Origin: an uncultured Gammaproteobacteria bacterium
GTDB lineage: Bacteria; Patescibacteriota; Microgenomatia; UBA8517
Assembly: GCA_964427735.1 (NCBI GenBank)
Contig: CAYRUS010000001.1
Span: forward strand, 226,173 to 290,172
Direction of reading: 5' to 3'
DNA length: 64,000 nucleotides
Shown here: positions 49,713-58,387 of the stretch, one piece after another
Layout of the letters: each line of letters begins with the position of its first letter
Position numbering within the stretch: the stretch's first letter is position 1
Translations under genes and position numbers: made by a program
The notes under the pieces: generated by a model
What the model saw: only the letters and a program-made list of their open reading frames with translations
Told to the model about the DNA's origin: nothing
Database searches by the model: none

Positions 49713-51068
49713 ATGAAGGAAGCTAGTAATCAGCAGACAATTCTTGAGTATCTTCTGTTTCATTCCTTAGAGGAAGCTAAACCCGCCTCATCTATATGCA
49801 GCTTTAACTCTCTAGGAACAATGGTCCAAGAATTTATTGAAAGTGCGAAAAATAATGATAATAAAGCTCCTCATATTTTTGCCTCTACAGGCAATGTACT
49901 TTCCGGAAAAACAGAACTAGGAATCAAACGAATTGCTAGATTACTTGAGTTGAATATCGAACGGTCACCAAACTTAAAATCCAATCTCGAAATTATTGTA
50001 TTAAATTGGGATAAAACCGAAGACTCAGCAGCAGAAATTCTAGTAAATGCTAAGAAAGAAAGAAGCGAAGCTAAAAAGGAAATAAGACTTCCCAACTATA
50101 ATCCTGATTTTATTCAATTAGCAGAAAATGTATCAAGAAACTATCCTGCAAAAGTAGAAGAAGAAAATAGGAATATATATGATTTGCTTATTGATAATAT
50201 ACCACAAAGGTATTTTTTTGAGGATAATGTGAGAGTTCCTGACAATGTATGGTTCTTGCGCTCTACTCGTGCTCTTCTTGATGAAATTATTTCTTTTAAC
50301 ATAAGGCTAAAGGATACAAGACAATCCAATATGGTAATGGTAATAGATGTTGTAACAGGTCATGGGGGCAAGTCAAAACGAGATTATGCTGACGGAACTT
50401 TCCTTGATTTATCTAAATCTATAAAATCCTTTGATGGAATTTCAAGGAATGATTATTCGCTATGGATGGTATCTTCAGTTGCTTCTCCTTCAATATATTT
50501 AGGTGCTTTGTATAGACATGCAATGCATCAAAGTATCACTGATAAAAAAAGAGAGCAACTATCCGAGGTTTTTGAAAGACAATTACCTGTAACAGATCAA
50601 GAAAAAGAATACGCAGGCAGTGGAGGAAGTATTCAAATGTCTGAAGAAGCTGACAATGAACTGATATCAAATCTTCTTGCTATGTCACCACGTATTAGAG
50701 AATCATCAAGATTTAGATTAGCTAATGAAATATTAACATTTAATCAACAGGAACTTATCAATTTAGCAAGTCACTTTAACTCTAGGCTTGATTCACTCAA
50801 AAAAGTTGGTACTGATCAAACATTATTAGATTTTATTGATGATGCACTAAAAGTCGGAGATATTTTGTCCATTATAGATCCTGAAGCAACAGAAAAAATG
50901 CTGAAATATGCAGCATCCAGGGTTCTGAGTTTAGCCTACTATGAATATTTGTTAAAAACGATTAATCCACACCAAGTATTTCTTGGAGTAATACGTCCAA
51001 ACATTCCTAATATCCAAAGACTAAAATCCTTTCTTAAAGAAAATAAATATCTTTTTGAAGATTCTTAA
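49713..51068 (+). CDS. Hypothetical protein with a P-loop-like motif
   Basis: 451-aa ORF with GNVLSGKT near the N-terminus and a later hhhD (MVIDV). Confidence 0.6.
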   Translation: MKEASNQQTILEYLLFHSLEEAKPASSICSFNSLGTMVQEFIESAKNNDNKAPHIFASTGNVLSGKTELGIKRIARLLELNIERSPNLKSNLEIIVLNWDKTEDSAAEILVNAKKERSEAKKEIRLPNYNPDFIQLAENVSRNYPAKVEEENRNIYDLLIDNIPQRYFFEDNVRVPDNVWFLRSTRALLDEIISFNIRLKDTRQSNMVMVIDVVTGHGGKSKRDYADGTFLDLSKSIKSFDGISRNDYSLWMVSSVASPSIYLGALYRHAMHQSITDKKREQLSEVFERQLPVTDQEKEYAGSGGSIQMSEEADNELISNLLAMSPRIRESSRFRLANEILTFNQQELINLASHFNSRLDSLKKVGTDQTLLDFIDDALKVGDILSIIDPEATEKMLKYAASRVLSLAYYEYLLKTINPHQVFLGVIRPNIPNIQRLKSFLKENKYLFEDS

Positions 51069-51098
51069 ATTATACTTCTTGCCATATACAAAACTAAA

Positions 51099-51674
51099 CT
51101 AAGTAATTACTACTGTTAATATCTTAACCAATTGTCCATAAAAATTTCTGATCAGCCATACTAAGTAAATACCCAAAACAGGTAAAATTATATAGCTTTC
51201 TACCCAATTCCCGGTTTTTATGCGTAATTTTTTAAAAGGAGGAAATCCAACATCCAAATTAATAGGAAAAAGCAAAGGAACTCCTTCTTTTGTAAGACAA
51301 TCTGCAATAAGATGAGAAAAATATCCGATCATTATACTTGCAAGAAGTATGTCGGGATTTACAAATTCAGGATTAAAAAAAATAGGTAAAATCCATTGCA
51401 AAAATTTATAAATTAAATACATCCCTAAAAGTGAATGAGTTATTGTTCTGTGTTTATAAAATAATCTTCTCAAGACCTTGCCTACAAAATCTCCGCCAGG
51501 TAAGAATTCCCATAATCTATTTCCAGCTTGATCCAGGTCAGGTATCATGCCACCAACAATATTCCCTATAAGCGAAGCAAAAAGTGTATAAAGGCTTAAA
51601 CTCTCCGGAGGGAATAATACCGCAGAAGTAACTAAAAATGTAAAAGCAAAAGCATCATGAGTTCGGGCAGTCAT
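51099..51674 (-). CDS. YdjM-like inner-membrane metal-dependent hydrolase
   Basis: M...TH, PDLD, HRTITHS, SHLIAD..T..GVP. Confidence 0.9.
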   Translation of the reverse strand: MTARTHDAFAFTFLVTSAVLFPPESLSLYTLFASLIGNIVGGMIPDLDQAGNRLWEFLPGGDFVGKVLRRLFYKHRTITHSLLGMYLIYKFLQWILPIFFNPEFVNPDILLASIMIGYFSHLIADCLTKEGVPLLFPINLDVGFPPFKKLRIKTGNWVESYIILPVLGIYLVWLIRNFYGQLVKILTVVIT

Positions 51675-51716
51675 AATTTATTTTAACACTTAAATATTAT
51701 ATGCGATTATGCTTAA

Positions 51717-52787
51717 ATGGAGAGACTTTTAGGGTTTCTGCTTTTTAAAAATAAAATGAAAAAAATTTTTAGCCAATATTTAATAACTTTTTTTTCATTT
51801 TTCACTCTTTTATCTTTGCTTATTGACTCCTACAGAAACCCAAATTCTTTTGAAAAATATTTTTATATTGATTCTAAGTTTGTTTTATGGGTTTTTGTTG
51901 TTGTGGCTTTAGTCTATAAAATCAGAAAAATGGAATTTCCAAAATATTTAATTAAATTTAATAACTACTTTTTATTGTTATTTTCTGTGTTTTTTTCTTT
52001 ATTATCTGTAATAAGAATATTATATAGCGAAGCTTATCTATATACACAGACGGGAATATTTCAGCCGAATCTGTTTTATGTTCTTATTGGAAGCACCATC
52101 TTGTTTATCTTGTCAATTAAGAAAGACTGGTTAGTAAATAACTACAAGAGTTTAATCTTTTTTTTACCGTTTTTGATAATGTCATTGCTTATATCAGTAT
52201 GGATATCTCACTTTGAATATTTTAACCAAATTACCAAGGATGACCATATTATCGAATGGGGACAACTCGTAGCCCTGGTTTTGTCTGGAGTCTTATCACT
52301 ATTAATTGCAAATAATATAAGAAAAACCTCAAAATTAGTTTCCGTTTTTTATATCTTTCTCGGAATATTTATGTTATTTGTCGCAGGAGAAGAAATCTCC
52401 TGGGGGCAAAGGATTTTAGGGATTGATACACCAGAAAAAATCACATCTATAAATCTACAAGAAGAATTAACTTTACATAATCTGTATTTCATTGAACCAC
52501 TTGTATGGATTGGATATCTATCATTAAGTCTTTATGGTTTATTTGCTAAATATTTGTTAACTTCTTTCAAATTATTATCTGACACTATCAAAGAGTATCT
52601 TGTTCCGCCATGGTTTACAAAATCATTTTTTCTTTTTTCGACCATTTATTATCTTAACGTAAGTCCATTTGTTCCTGCTCGTATACCTCCGGAATGGTCC
52701 GAGGTCGCCGAATTAATGTTGTTTATGGGCTTATTTTTCTTTGTTAATGAAAATTACATAAGATCAAAAAAGCATAAAAATTATTGA
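51717..52787 (+). CDS. Multi-pass membrane protein
   Basis: D..IEW, GEEISWGQR, N.Q.E..LHN, E..E motifs. Confidence 0.7.
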   Translation: MERLLGFLLFKNKMKKIFSQYLITFFSFFTLLSLLIDSYRNPNSFEKYFYIDSKFVLWVFVVVALVYKIRKMEFPKYLIKFNNYFLLLFSVFFSLLSVIRILYSEAYLYTQTGIFQPNLFYVLIGSTILFILSIKKDWLVNNYKSLIFFLPFLIMSLLISVWISHFEYFNQITKDDHIIEWGQLVALVLSGVLSLLIANNIRKTSKLVSVFYIFLGIFMLFVAGEEISWGQRILGIDTPEKITSINLQEELTLHNLYFIEPLVWIGYLSLSLYGLFAKYLLTSFKLLSDTIKEYLVPPWFTKSFFLFSTIYYLNVSPFVPARIPPEWSEVAELMLFMGLFFFVNENYIRSKKHKNY

Positions 52788-52835
52788 TACTTGCCACTTC
52801 CCAAAACCAAAAACACTCTGATAAAATCTACCTTT

Positions 52836-53051
52836 ATGATAATTAATGCACAGCAAAAGAGAGATAAAATTAAAGAATTAAAGAGAAAACTCGAAGAGTA
52901 TGAACAAAAATTAGCCCGTGAGATGATTGGTTATAGGGGAGTCGTGCATGAAAGTGCATCTAGTGAAATAAAACACGCAAAAGTTATGGTCTTCAAGGCA
53001 ATGGTTACAGGGCTTCAGGAAGAAATAAAAAAATTAGAACAAGAAAAATAG
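52836..53051 (+). CDS. Small helical-hairpin protein
   Basis: ATG 52836 follows TAAAAT. Two coiled-coil helices flank HESASSE. Confidence 0.6.
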   Translation: MIINAQQKRDKIKELKRKLEEYEQKLAREMIGYRGVVHESASSEIKHAKVMVFKAMVTGLQEEIKKLEQEK

Positions 53052-53055
53052 TTTA

Positions 53056-55287
53056 TTAGATGTTAACAGCTTTTATTCTTAAAGAGTTTGCAACTACTGA
53101 AATTGAACTAGCTGCCATTGCAAATGCAGCTAGAGCTGGGTTTAACAACAAACCAAAGAATGGATAAAGTACTCCCATTGCAACCGGAATTAAAACAACG
53201 TTATAACCAAATGCCCAGAAAAGATTTTGTTTAATTACTGAAAAAGTCTTCCTACTAAGTTGTAAAGAAGAATTAACACTTCTCAAATCTTTATTTAACA
53301 AAGTAATTGCTGCAGATTCCATTGCCACATCAGTTCCCGTTCCCATAGCAATTCCCACATCAGCTGCAGCAAGTGCTGGAGCATCATTAATTCCGTCACC
53401 AACAAAAGCAACAACCTTATTCTGACCATCTTTAAGTTCTTTAACTTTTTGCGCTTTTTCTCCTGGTAAAACTTCTGCAAATATATTATCAATACCAACT
53501 TTTTTTGCCACAGCTTTAGCGGTTCTGTTGTTGTCACCCGTCATCATCCAGACTTCAATTCCCTTAATTTTTAATGACGACACCATATCTTTGGCAGTTG
53601 GTTTTAGAGTATCTGCAATACCAATAACACCAATCAGTTCTTTATTAGAAGAAAGGAAAACAACTGTTTTCCCTTCTTCCTCAAGTTTTTGCACCATTTT
53701 TTCGTGCTCTTTAATTTCAACTCTTTTCTCTGTCATTAAATTTCTATTGCCTAATGTATATTTTATTTTTCCAATCTTTCCTTCAATTCCTTTACCTGCA
53801 ATTGCTTTAAAATCGATAGCTTTTTTTAGCTTAATCTTTTCATCTTTTGCTTTTGTTAAAATTGCTTCTCCCAATGCATGCTCTGATCCCTGCTCTAAGG
53901 AAGCTGCAATTTGTAAAGCACTCGATTTGTTGGAAAATTCGATTACATCAGTAACAGAAGGTTTACCTCTTGTTAATGTTCCGGTTTTATCAAAAATTGC
54001 CACGCTTACTTTATTTGCAATTTCCAAAGCTTGTGCATCCCTTATTAATATCCCGTGTTCTGCTCCTTTTCCTGTCCCCACCATAATAGCTGTAGGAGTT
54101 GCCAAACCGAGAGCACAAGGACATGCGATCACAAGAACTGCAATCATATTACTAAAAGCTAATCCAAATGCCTCACCAACAGGTCCGAATACATACCAGA
54201 GTACGAAAGTAGCTACTGCTATCATTAAAACCGCTGGTACAAAATATCCTGATACTACATCTGCAAGTCTTTGGATCGGAGCTCTAGAATTCTGTGCTTC
54301 AGATACCATCTTAACAATATTGGCGAGCATAGTGTCTGAACCAATCTTAGTTGCCTCGAATATAAAAGAACCAGTTTTATTAAAAGTGGCACCTATTACC
54401 TGATCCCCTACAACTTTATCTACGGGAATTGATTCACCAGTAACCATAGACTCATCTATTGAACTGGTGCCTTCTTTTATAACTCCGTCAACAGGTACTT
54501 TTTCACCTGGACGTACACGAAGTAAATCTCCTTCTTTAACTTCCTCTATTGGTACATCAATTTCTTCTCCATTTCTAATCACTCTAGCGGTTTTTGCCTG
54601 CAGTTGGAGGAGTTTTTTAATAGCGTCACTAGTGTGCAGTTTTGCTCGAGCTTCAAGATATCTGCCAAGTAAAATTAATGTAATAATAACTGCTCCTGTA
54701 TCTAAGTACATTGCCATTGGTATACCTAAGACATCAAATATTCTAGGGAAAATTATTGCTATGGCAGAAAAAAAGTATGCAGCTGAAGTACCCATTGCAA
54801 TTAAAGTATCCATATTTGCAGTTCTGTTTTTTAGTCCAGACCAGGTTGCTAGATAAAACTCTTTACCTGCCCAAAACTGAACAATAGTAGCCAAATACAG
54901 AAGAAAATATTCATTTGTAAATGAAACCGGAACAAAAGGAAACCATTCTGGAAAGCTTCCTAGCATCAGAACTGTACTTAAAATAATAGAAACTACAACT
55001 TTATTTTTTAGTCTTTTAAGTTCAGTAAGTTTTGTTTCTTCTTTAATCTGATCTGCCGTTTTTACTTCATCTTTTTCAAGGATTATTGCCTCGTATCCTG
55101 CATCCTTTACAGCATTACGAAGTGCATCATTATTTATATTCTCACTAGTAACTACTGTAGCCTGTTCACCTGCATAATTAACTTGAGCTGAAATTACTCC
55201 GTGTGTTCTAGTTAGTTTTCTCTCAATTATATTTGCACAGCTTGCGCAATGCATCCCTACTATTGGAAAAGATTTTTTTTGGTTCAT
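53056..55287 (-). CDS. copA: Copper-translocating P1B-type ATPase
   Basis: [37 protein letters not shown]...P and MAASS. Confidence 0.95.
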   Translation of the reverse strand: MNQKKSFPIVGMHCASCANIIERKLTRTHGVISAQVNYAGEQATVVTSENINNDALRNAVKDAGYEAIILEKDEVKTADQIKEETKLTELKRLKNKVVVSIILSTVLMLGSFPEWFPFVPVSFTNEYFLLYLATIVQFWAGKEFYLATWSGLKNRTANMDTLIAMGTSAAYFFSAIAIIFPRIFDVLGIPMAMYLDTGAVIITLILLGRYLEARAKLHTSDAIKKLLQLQAKTARVIRNGEEIDVPIEEVKEGDLLRVRPGEKVPVDGVIKEGTSSIDESMVTGESIPVDKVVGDQVIGATFNKTGSFIFEATKIGSDTMLANIVKMVSEAQNSRAPIQRLADVVSGYFVPAVLMIAVATFVLWYVFGPVGEAFGLAFSNMIAVLVIACPCALGLATPTAIMVGTGKGAEHGILIRDAQALEIANKVSVAIFDKTGTLTRGKPSVTDVIEFSNKSSALQIAASLEQGSEHALGEAILTKAKDEKIKLKKAIDFKAIAGKGIEGKIGKIKYTLGNRNLMTEKRVEIKEHEKMVQKLEEEGKTVVFLSSNKELIGVIGIADTLKPTAKDMVSSLKIKGIEVWMMTGDNNRTAKAVAKKVGIDNIFAEVLPGEKAQKVKELKDGQNKVVAFVGDGINDAPALAAADVGIAMGTGTDVAMESAAITLLNKDLRSVNSSLQLSRKTFSVIKQNLFWAFGYNVVLIPVAMGVLYPFFGLLLNPALAAFAMAASSISVVANSLRIKAVNI

Positions 55288-55288
55288 A

Positions 55289-55657
55289 TTAATTAACTAA
55301 CAATTTTCCGTGATACATATTCATTCCACACTGGAATCTATACTCCCCTGATTCTTTTGGTTTAATTTCGATAGTAACAGGTTTATTCATTGGCAAATAT
55401 TTCTTAATTTTAAAATCTGGGATTACTATTTCTTCTAAACAACTCGAGGGATCTTTTCTTATAAACGTAAGCTCTACTTTTTCTCCTTTATTAAGTTTAA
55501 TATTTTCAGGTTTATAACCCCCTTCTACAATAATCTCTAAATTTCCATTTCTTTCCGTAGCTTCAGCGAAGGAGGTTTTTTTCCCAAAGAAAAACCAATA
55601 GATAAAAACAATTAGTCCTGATCCAAGAGATATAACAATAATTTTATCAATACCCAT
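55289..55657 (-). CDS. Membrane-anchored cupredoxin-domain protein (CupA-like)
   Basis: [16 protein letters not shown]. Confidence 0.88.
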   Translation of the reverse strand: MGIDKIIVISLGSGLIVFIYWFFFGKKTSFAEATERNGNLEIIVEGGYKPENIKLNKGEKVELTFIRKDPSSCLEEIVIPDFKIKKYLPMNKPVTIEIKPKESGEYRFQCGMNMYHGKLLVN

Positions 55658-55659
55658 AT

Positions 55660-55932
55660 TTAAAGTTTCTTCATCACTTTCATTACTTCATCAATTACTT
55701 CTATATCATTACCGGCTTTTATGGAGTTAGCCACGCAAGACTCCATATGATTTTTAAGAATTAGATGATCAGCCTTTTTCAAAGCAGATTGTACAGCCAA
55801 AGATTGGTGTACAACGTCAATGCAATATTCACCAGTTTCTAGCATCTTGATTACTTTCTCTAAATGACCTTTTGCGATCTTTAATCTATGCATTGCCTTC
55901 TTTTGATTTAGTTCAAATTTTCTATTGTCCAT
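55660..55932 (-). CDS. csoR: CsoR/RcnR family metal-sensing repressor
   Basis: RL....GHL, YCIDV..Q..AV..AL, H...C. Confidence 0.9.
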   Translation of the reverse strand: MDNRKFELNQKKAMHRLKIAKGHLEKVIKMLETGEYCIDVVHQSLAVQSALKKADHLILKNHMESCVANSIKAGNDIEVIDEVMKVMKKL

Positions 55933-55940
55933 TATTCCTA

Positions 55941-55999
55941 TTGACTTATCCCCTAGGGGGGGATATATAATTCTATTATCGACTATTGCTATTTGTCAA
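55941..55999. promoter_or_regulatory. Overlapping promoters with a CsoR-type operator TATCCCC-N5-GGGGATA
   Basis: Inverted repeat at 55947-55965. Plus strand: TTGACT(55941)...TATAAT(55966). Minus strand: TTGACA(55999)-18-TAGAAT. Confidence 0.75.
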
Positions 56000-56014
56000 G
56001 TTAAAATACAAAAA

Positions 56015-57010
56015 ATGAATACAGTACTCTTAGCACTCGTGACTGGTCTCTTTACAGGCGGCATTTCCTGTTTTGCAATACAGGGCGGACTGTTAGCTAC
56101 ATCGGTGGCAAATCAACAAAAAGACACACAAAAACTCTCAATTATATTTTTCCTTATAAGCAAACTGATAGCATATACCATTTTAGGCTTTATTCTTGGT
56201 ACTATTGGTTCTTCACTTGTAATCACTCCAAAAACTCAAGGTGTATTACAAATATTTGCAGGGATAGTAATGCTAATTGCTGCAGCAAGAATTATTGATT
56301 TGCATCCTGTCTTTAGAAAATTTGTTATCACTCCGCCTAAATCTCTATACCGTCTAGTTAGGAAAAGTTCAAAGATGGATAGCTTTTTTGCTCCATCTAT
56401 TCTTGGATTTTCAACGGTTCTTATTCCATGCGGCATAACGCAAAGCATGATGCTTTTAGCAATTGCCGCAGGAAACGGATTTTGGGGAGCTTTAATAATG
56501 GCATCATTTACTATTGGTACTTCACCACTATTCTTTACATTGGGAATGGCATCAAAAAAGATGCTTGACAATAAAAAGCTCTCAATACTTGCTGCACTAA
56601 TTATTTTTTATCTTGGAATTTCTTCACTAAATACAGGTCAAATTTTGCGCGGTTCCAATCATACTTTACAAAATTACTGGCTTGCTGCCACTGGAAATCT
56701 TGAACCAGAACAAGATGTAGGAAAAGTTGCCGGTGTTAAAGATGGAAAACAAGAGGCAACAATTGATGTTATAACCGGCGGCTATAAATCAGAAAGTACA
56801 ACTTTAAAAGCAGGTATTCCGGTTAAATTAACATTGAGTACTAATAACACTAGGGGATGTTCCAGAGCATTTACCATTCCTGAATACAATATTATGGAAG
56901 TACTGCCGGAAACAGGTGAAAAAATTGTTGAATTTACACCAACCAAACAAGGTAGGCTTGTTTATACATGTAGTATGGGAATGTATACTGGCTATTTTGA
57001 CGTAATATAA
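56015..57010 (+). CDS. TauE/SafE (DsbD_2)-like permease fused to a cupredoxin domain
   Basis: GGISC....GG, LIPCG.TQ, C-terminal GC...CSMGMY.G. The start is placed at ATG 56015. Confidence 0.85.
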   Translation: MNTVLLALVTGLFTGGISCFAIQGGLLATSVANQQKDTQKLSIIFFLISKLIAYTILGFILGTIGSSLVITPKTQGVLQIFAGIVMLIAAARIIDLHPVFRKFVITPPKSLYRLVRKSSKMDSFFAPSILGFSTVLIPCGITQSMMLLAIAAGNGFWGALIMASFTIGTSPLFFTLGMASKKMLDNKKLSILAALIIFYLGISSLNTGQILRGSNHTLQNYWLAATGNLEPEQDVGKVAGVKDGKQEATIDVITGGYKSESTTLKAGIPVKLTLSTNNTRGCSRAFTIPEYNIMEVLPETGEKIVEFTPTKQGRLVYTCSMGMYTGYFDVI

Positions 57011-57204
57011 TGGTTAAAATATATAAAATTGAAGGAATGGATTGCGATTCCTGTGCACAGATGCTTGAGTTGGATTTTGAAGATGAAGGCATTGAGGCAA
57101 AATGCGAATATACAACAGAAGAGCTTACTGTCATTTCAGAAAATGTAAATGACAATAAAGTTAAAGAAATAGTTGAGAATGCAGGCTATAAAGTAGAAGA
57201 ATAA
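57010..57204 (+). CDS. HMA-domain copper chaperone (CopZ-like)
   Basis: GMDCDSC and AGY.V. Confidence 0.9.
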   Translation: MVKIYKIEGMDCDSCAQMLELDFEDEGIEAKCEYTTEELTVISENVNDNKVKEIVENAGYKVEE

Positions 57205-57205
57205 A

Positions 57206-57430
57206 TTACTCAGCAAAATTTACTTTGTGTTTTCTTTTTAGTAAATCTTTTGCAATTTTCTCTGCTTCATTTTTTATATCTCCGTTACTTTTAGTTTTCT
57301 CAACGACTTTGAATTTATTATTAAAGTAATCGATACTTAAGATGATCTCTTCACCATTACCATCGCCAACAAAATATTCTGCTTTATTAAAAATAAATTT
57401 TTTTATGTATTTGGTTTTTATATTCACCAC
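57206..57430 (-). CDS. Small hypothetical protein
   Basis: About 74-aa ORF with AAGGAGG immediately upstream. The exact start is uncertain. Confidence 0.6.
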   Translation of the reverse strand: MVNIKTKYIKKFIFNKAEYFVGDGNGEEIILSIDYFNNKFKVVEKTKSNGDIKNEAEKIAKDLLKRKHKVNFAE

Positions 57431-57509
57431 CTCCTTTGCAGAACTTTGGTTTCTTAGAGTTTGGAATTTGAGGGTTTATAAGAAGAAAGCACAATCCTGC
57501 AAACCAAGC

Positions 57510-57566
57510 TTAGCTTGACTTACAGCAACAGGAAAAAGTAAAGGTATTGTATTTTATTTCAAACAT
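57510..57566 (-). CDS. Putative leader peptide MFEIKYNTFTFSCCCKSS
   Basis: ATG...TGT TGC TGT...TAA, followed by sequence able to pair next to the downstream SD. Confidence 0.45.
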   Translation of the reverse strand: MFEIKYNTFTFSCCCKSS

Positions 57567-57651
57567 TAAGTTATATTAAGCCAATTAATATCAGTTTTTC
57601 AATTACGTATTTTAATTTTTTATTATCCATTTAAAGTTAAATAAATATTAC

Positions 57652-57681
57652 CCAAACTGGGGGTAGTGGCATTTTTTATAT
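57652..57681. repeat. 30-bp direct repeat, copy 1 (duplicate of the secA 3' end)
   Basis: CCAAACTGGGGGTAGTGGCATTTTTTATAT, identical to 58392-58421. Confidence 0.95.
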
Positions 57682-57711
57682 CCTCAATTAGCTATCTACT
57701 TGATCATCTTT

Positions 57712-58380
57712 TTATCCGTAAAACCCATGACATACTTCTAAACCTCTCATATATTTTTCTCGATCATTCTTTTTGTTAATTTCCTGCTCAACATACTTTC
57801 TATTCTCATAAAGTGCATCTCCAACTCCTAAGAAAAATCTGGACACTAACTCAAAAGTTGGACCATTAATTCCATCTGGTTTTATATCATCCGCATTTTG
57901 AAATCCATCAATATATCTAAAGAATTTTTCTAAGGCCTTATCTGTACCAGCTTGACTTATATCGACCAGCAAAATAGATCCATGTAAACCTGTTCTTCTG
58001 TCATGATCCACAGGGAGACCTCTTTGAATCATCAACTGAGAAACTCTATTTATTATATTTTGCTTTATTTTTTCTAGTTTCTCCTTGTCTCTATTGTAAG
58101 CTTCCATTTTTTCTCTATAATCGGATACAGGTTTATTATCTGGGGTGAAAAACTCTACTTTACCACTGGCAGTCAATTCAGTGCTATCATAAAAAATTAC
58201 TGTATCTAAATCTGAGGTTTGTTTTTCCACACCTTTCTTCCTGGAACCAAAGAATGCTATTCCCTTTACTTGAGGAATCCCAGTTTGAATTTCTCGAATG
58301 TTATCACGCAAAAACTTCATGTGTCCCAAAGAATCCTTGGAAGGAACACTTTTTATTATTTCACCTTTGTCTTCACCCAT
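57712..58380 (-). CDS. Nucleotidyltransferase-fold protein between the secA direct repeats
   Basis: IAFFGSR..G......SDLD motif. Confidence 0.7.
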   Translation of the reverse strand: MGEDKGEIIKSVPSKDSLGHMKFLRDNIREIQTGIPQVKGIAFFGSRKKGVEKQTSDLDTVIFYDSTELTASGKVEFFTPDNKPVSDYREKMEAYNRDKEKLEKIKQNIINRVSQLMIQRGLPVDHDRRTGLHGSILLVDISQAGTDKALEKFFRYIDGFQNADDIKPDGINGPTFELVSRFFLGVGDALYENRKYVEQEINKKNDREKYMRGLEVCHGFYG

Positions 58381-58387
58381 GTTTTAT

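Noticed and set aside
51069-51098. Possible relic 3' end of the histidine kinase gene after the 451-aa orphan
   Set aside because: Only TTGCCA is shared, which is not distinguishable from chance.
52836-53051. GreA N-terminal-like assignment for the small helical protein
   Set aside because: Only a vague HESA versus ENAEY resemblance in a coiled coil, with no C-terminal domain. Left as hypothetical.
53528-54856. Long antisense ORFs (291 and 129 aa) opposite copA, and similar ones opposite the ABC permease (9705-10316), secA and rarA
   Set aside because: These are shadow ORFs produced by codon bias of conserved genes on the other strand.
55925-56014. N-terminal extension of the TauE-cupredoxin ORF given in the ORF track
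   Set aside because: It overlaps csoR and runs through the promoter/operator. ATG 56015 is the more plausible start.
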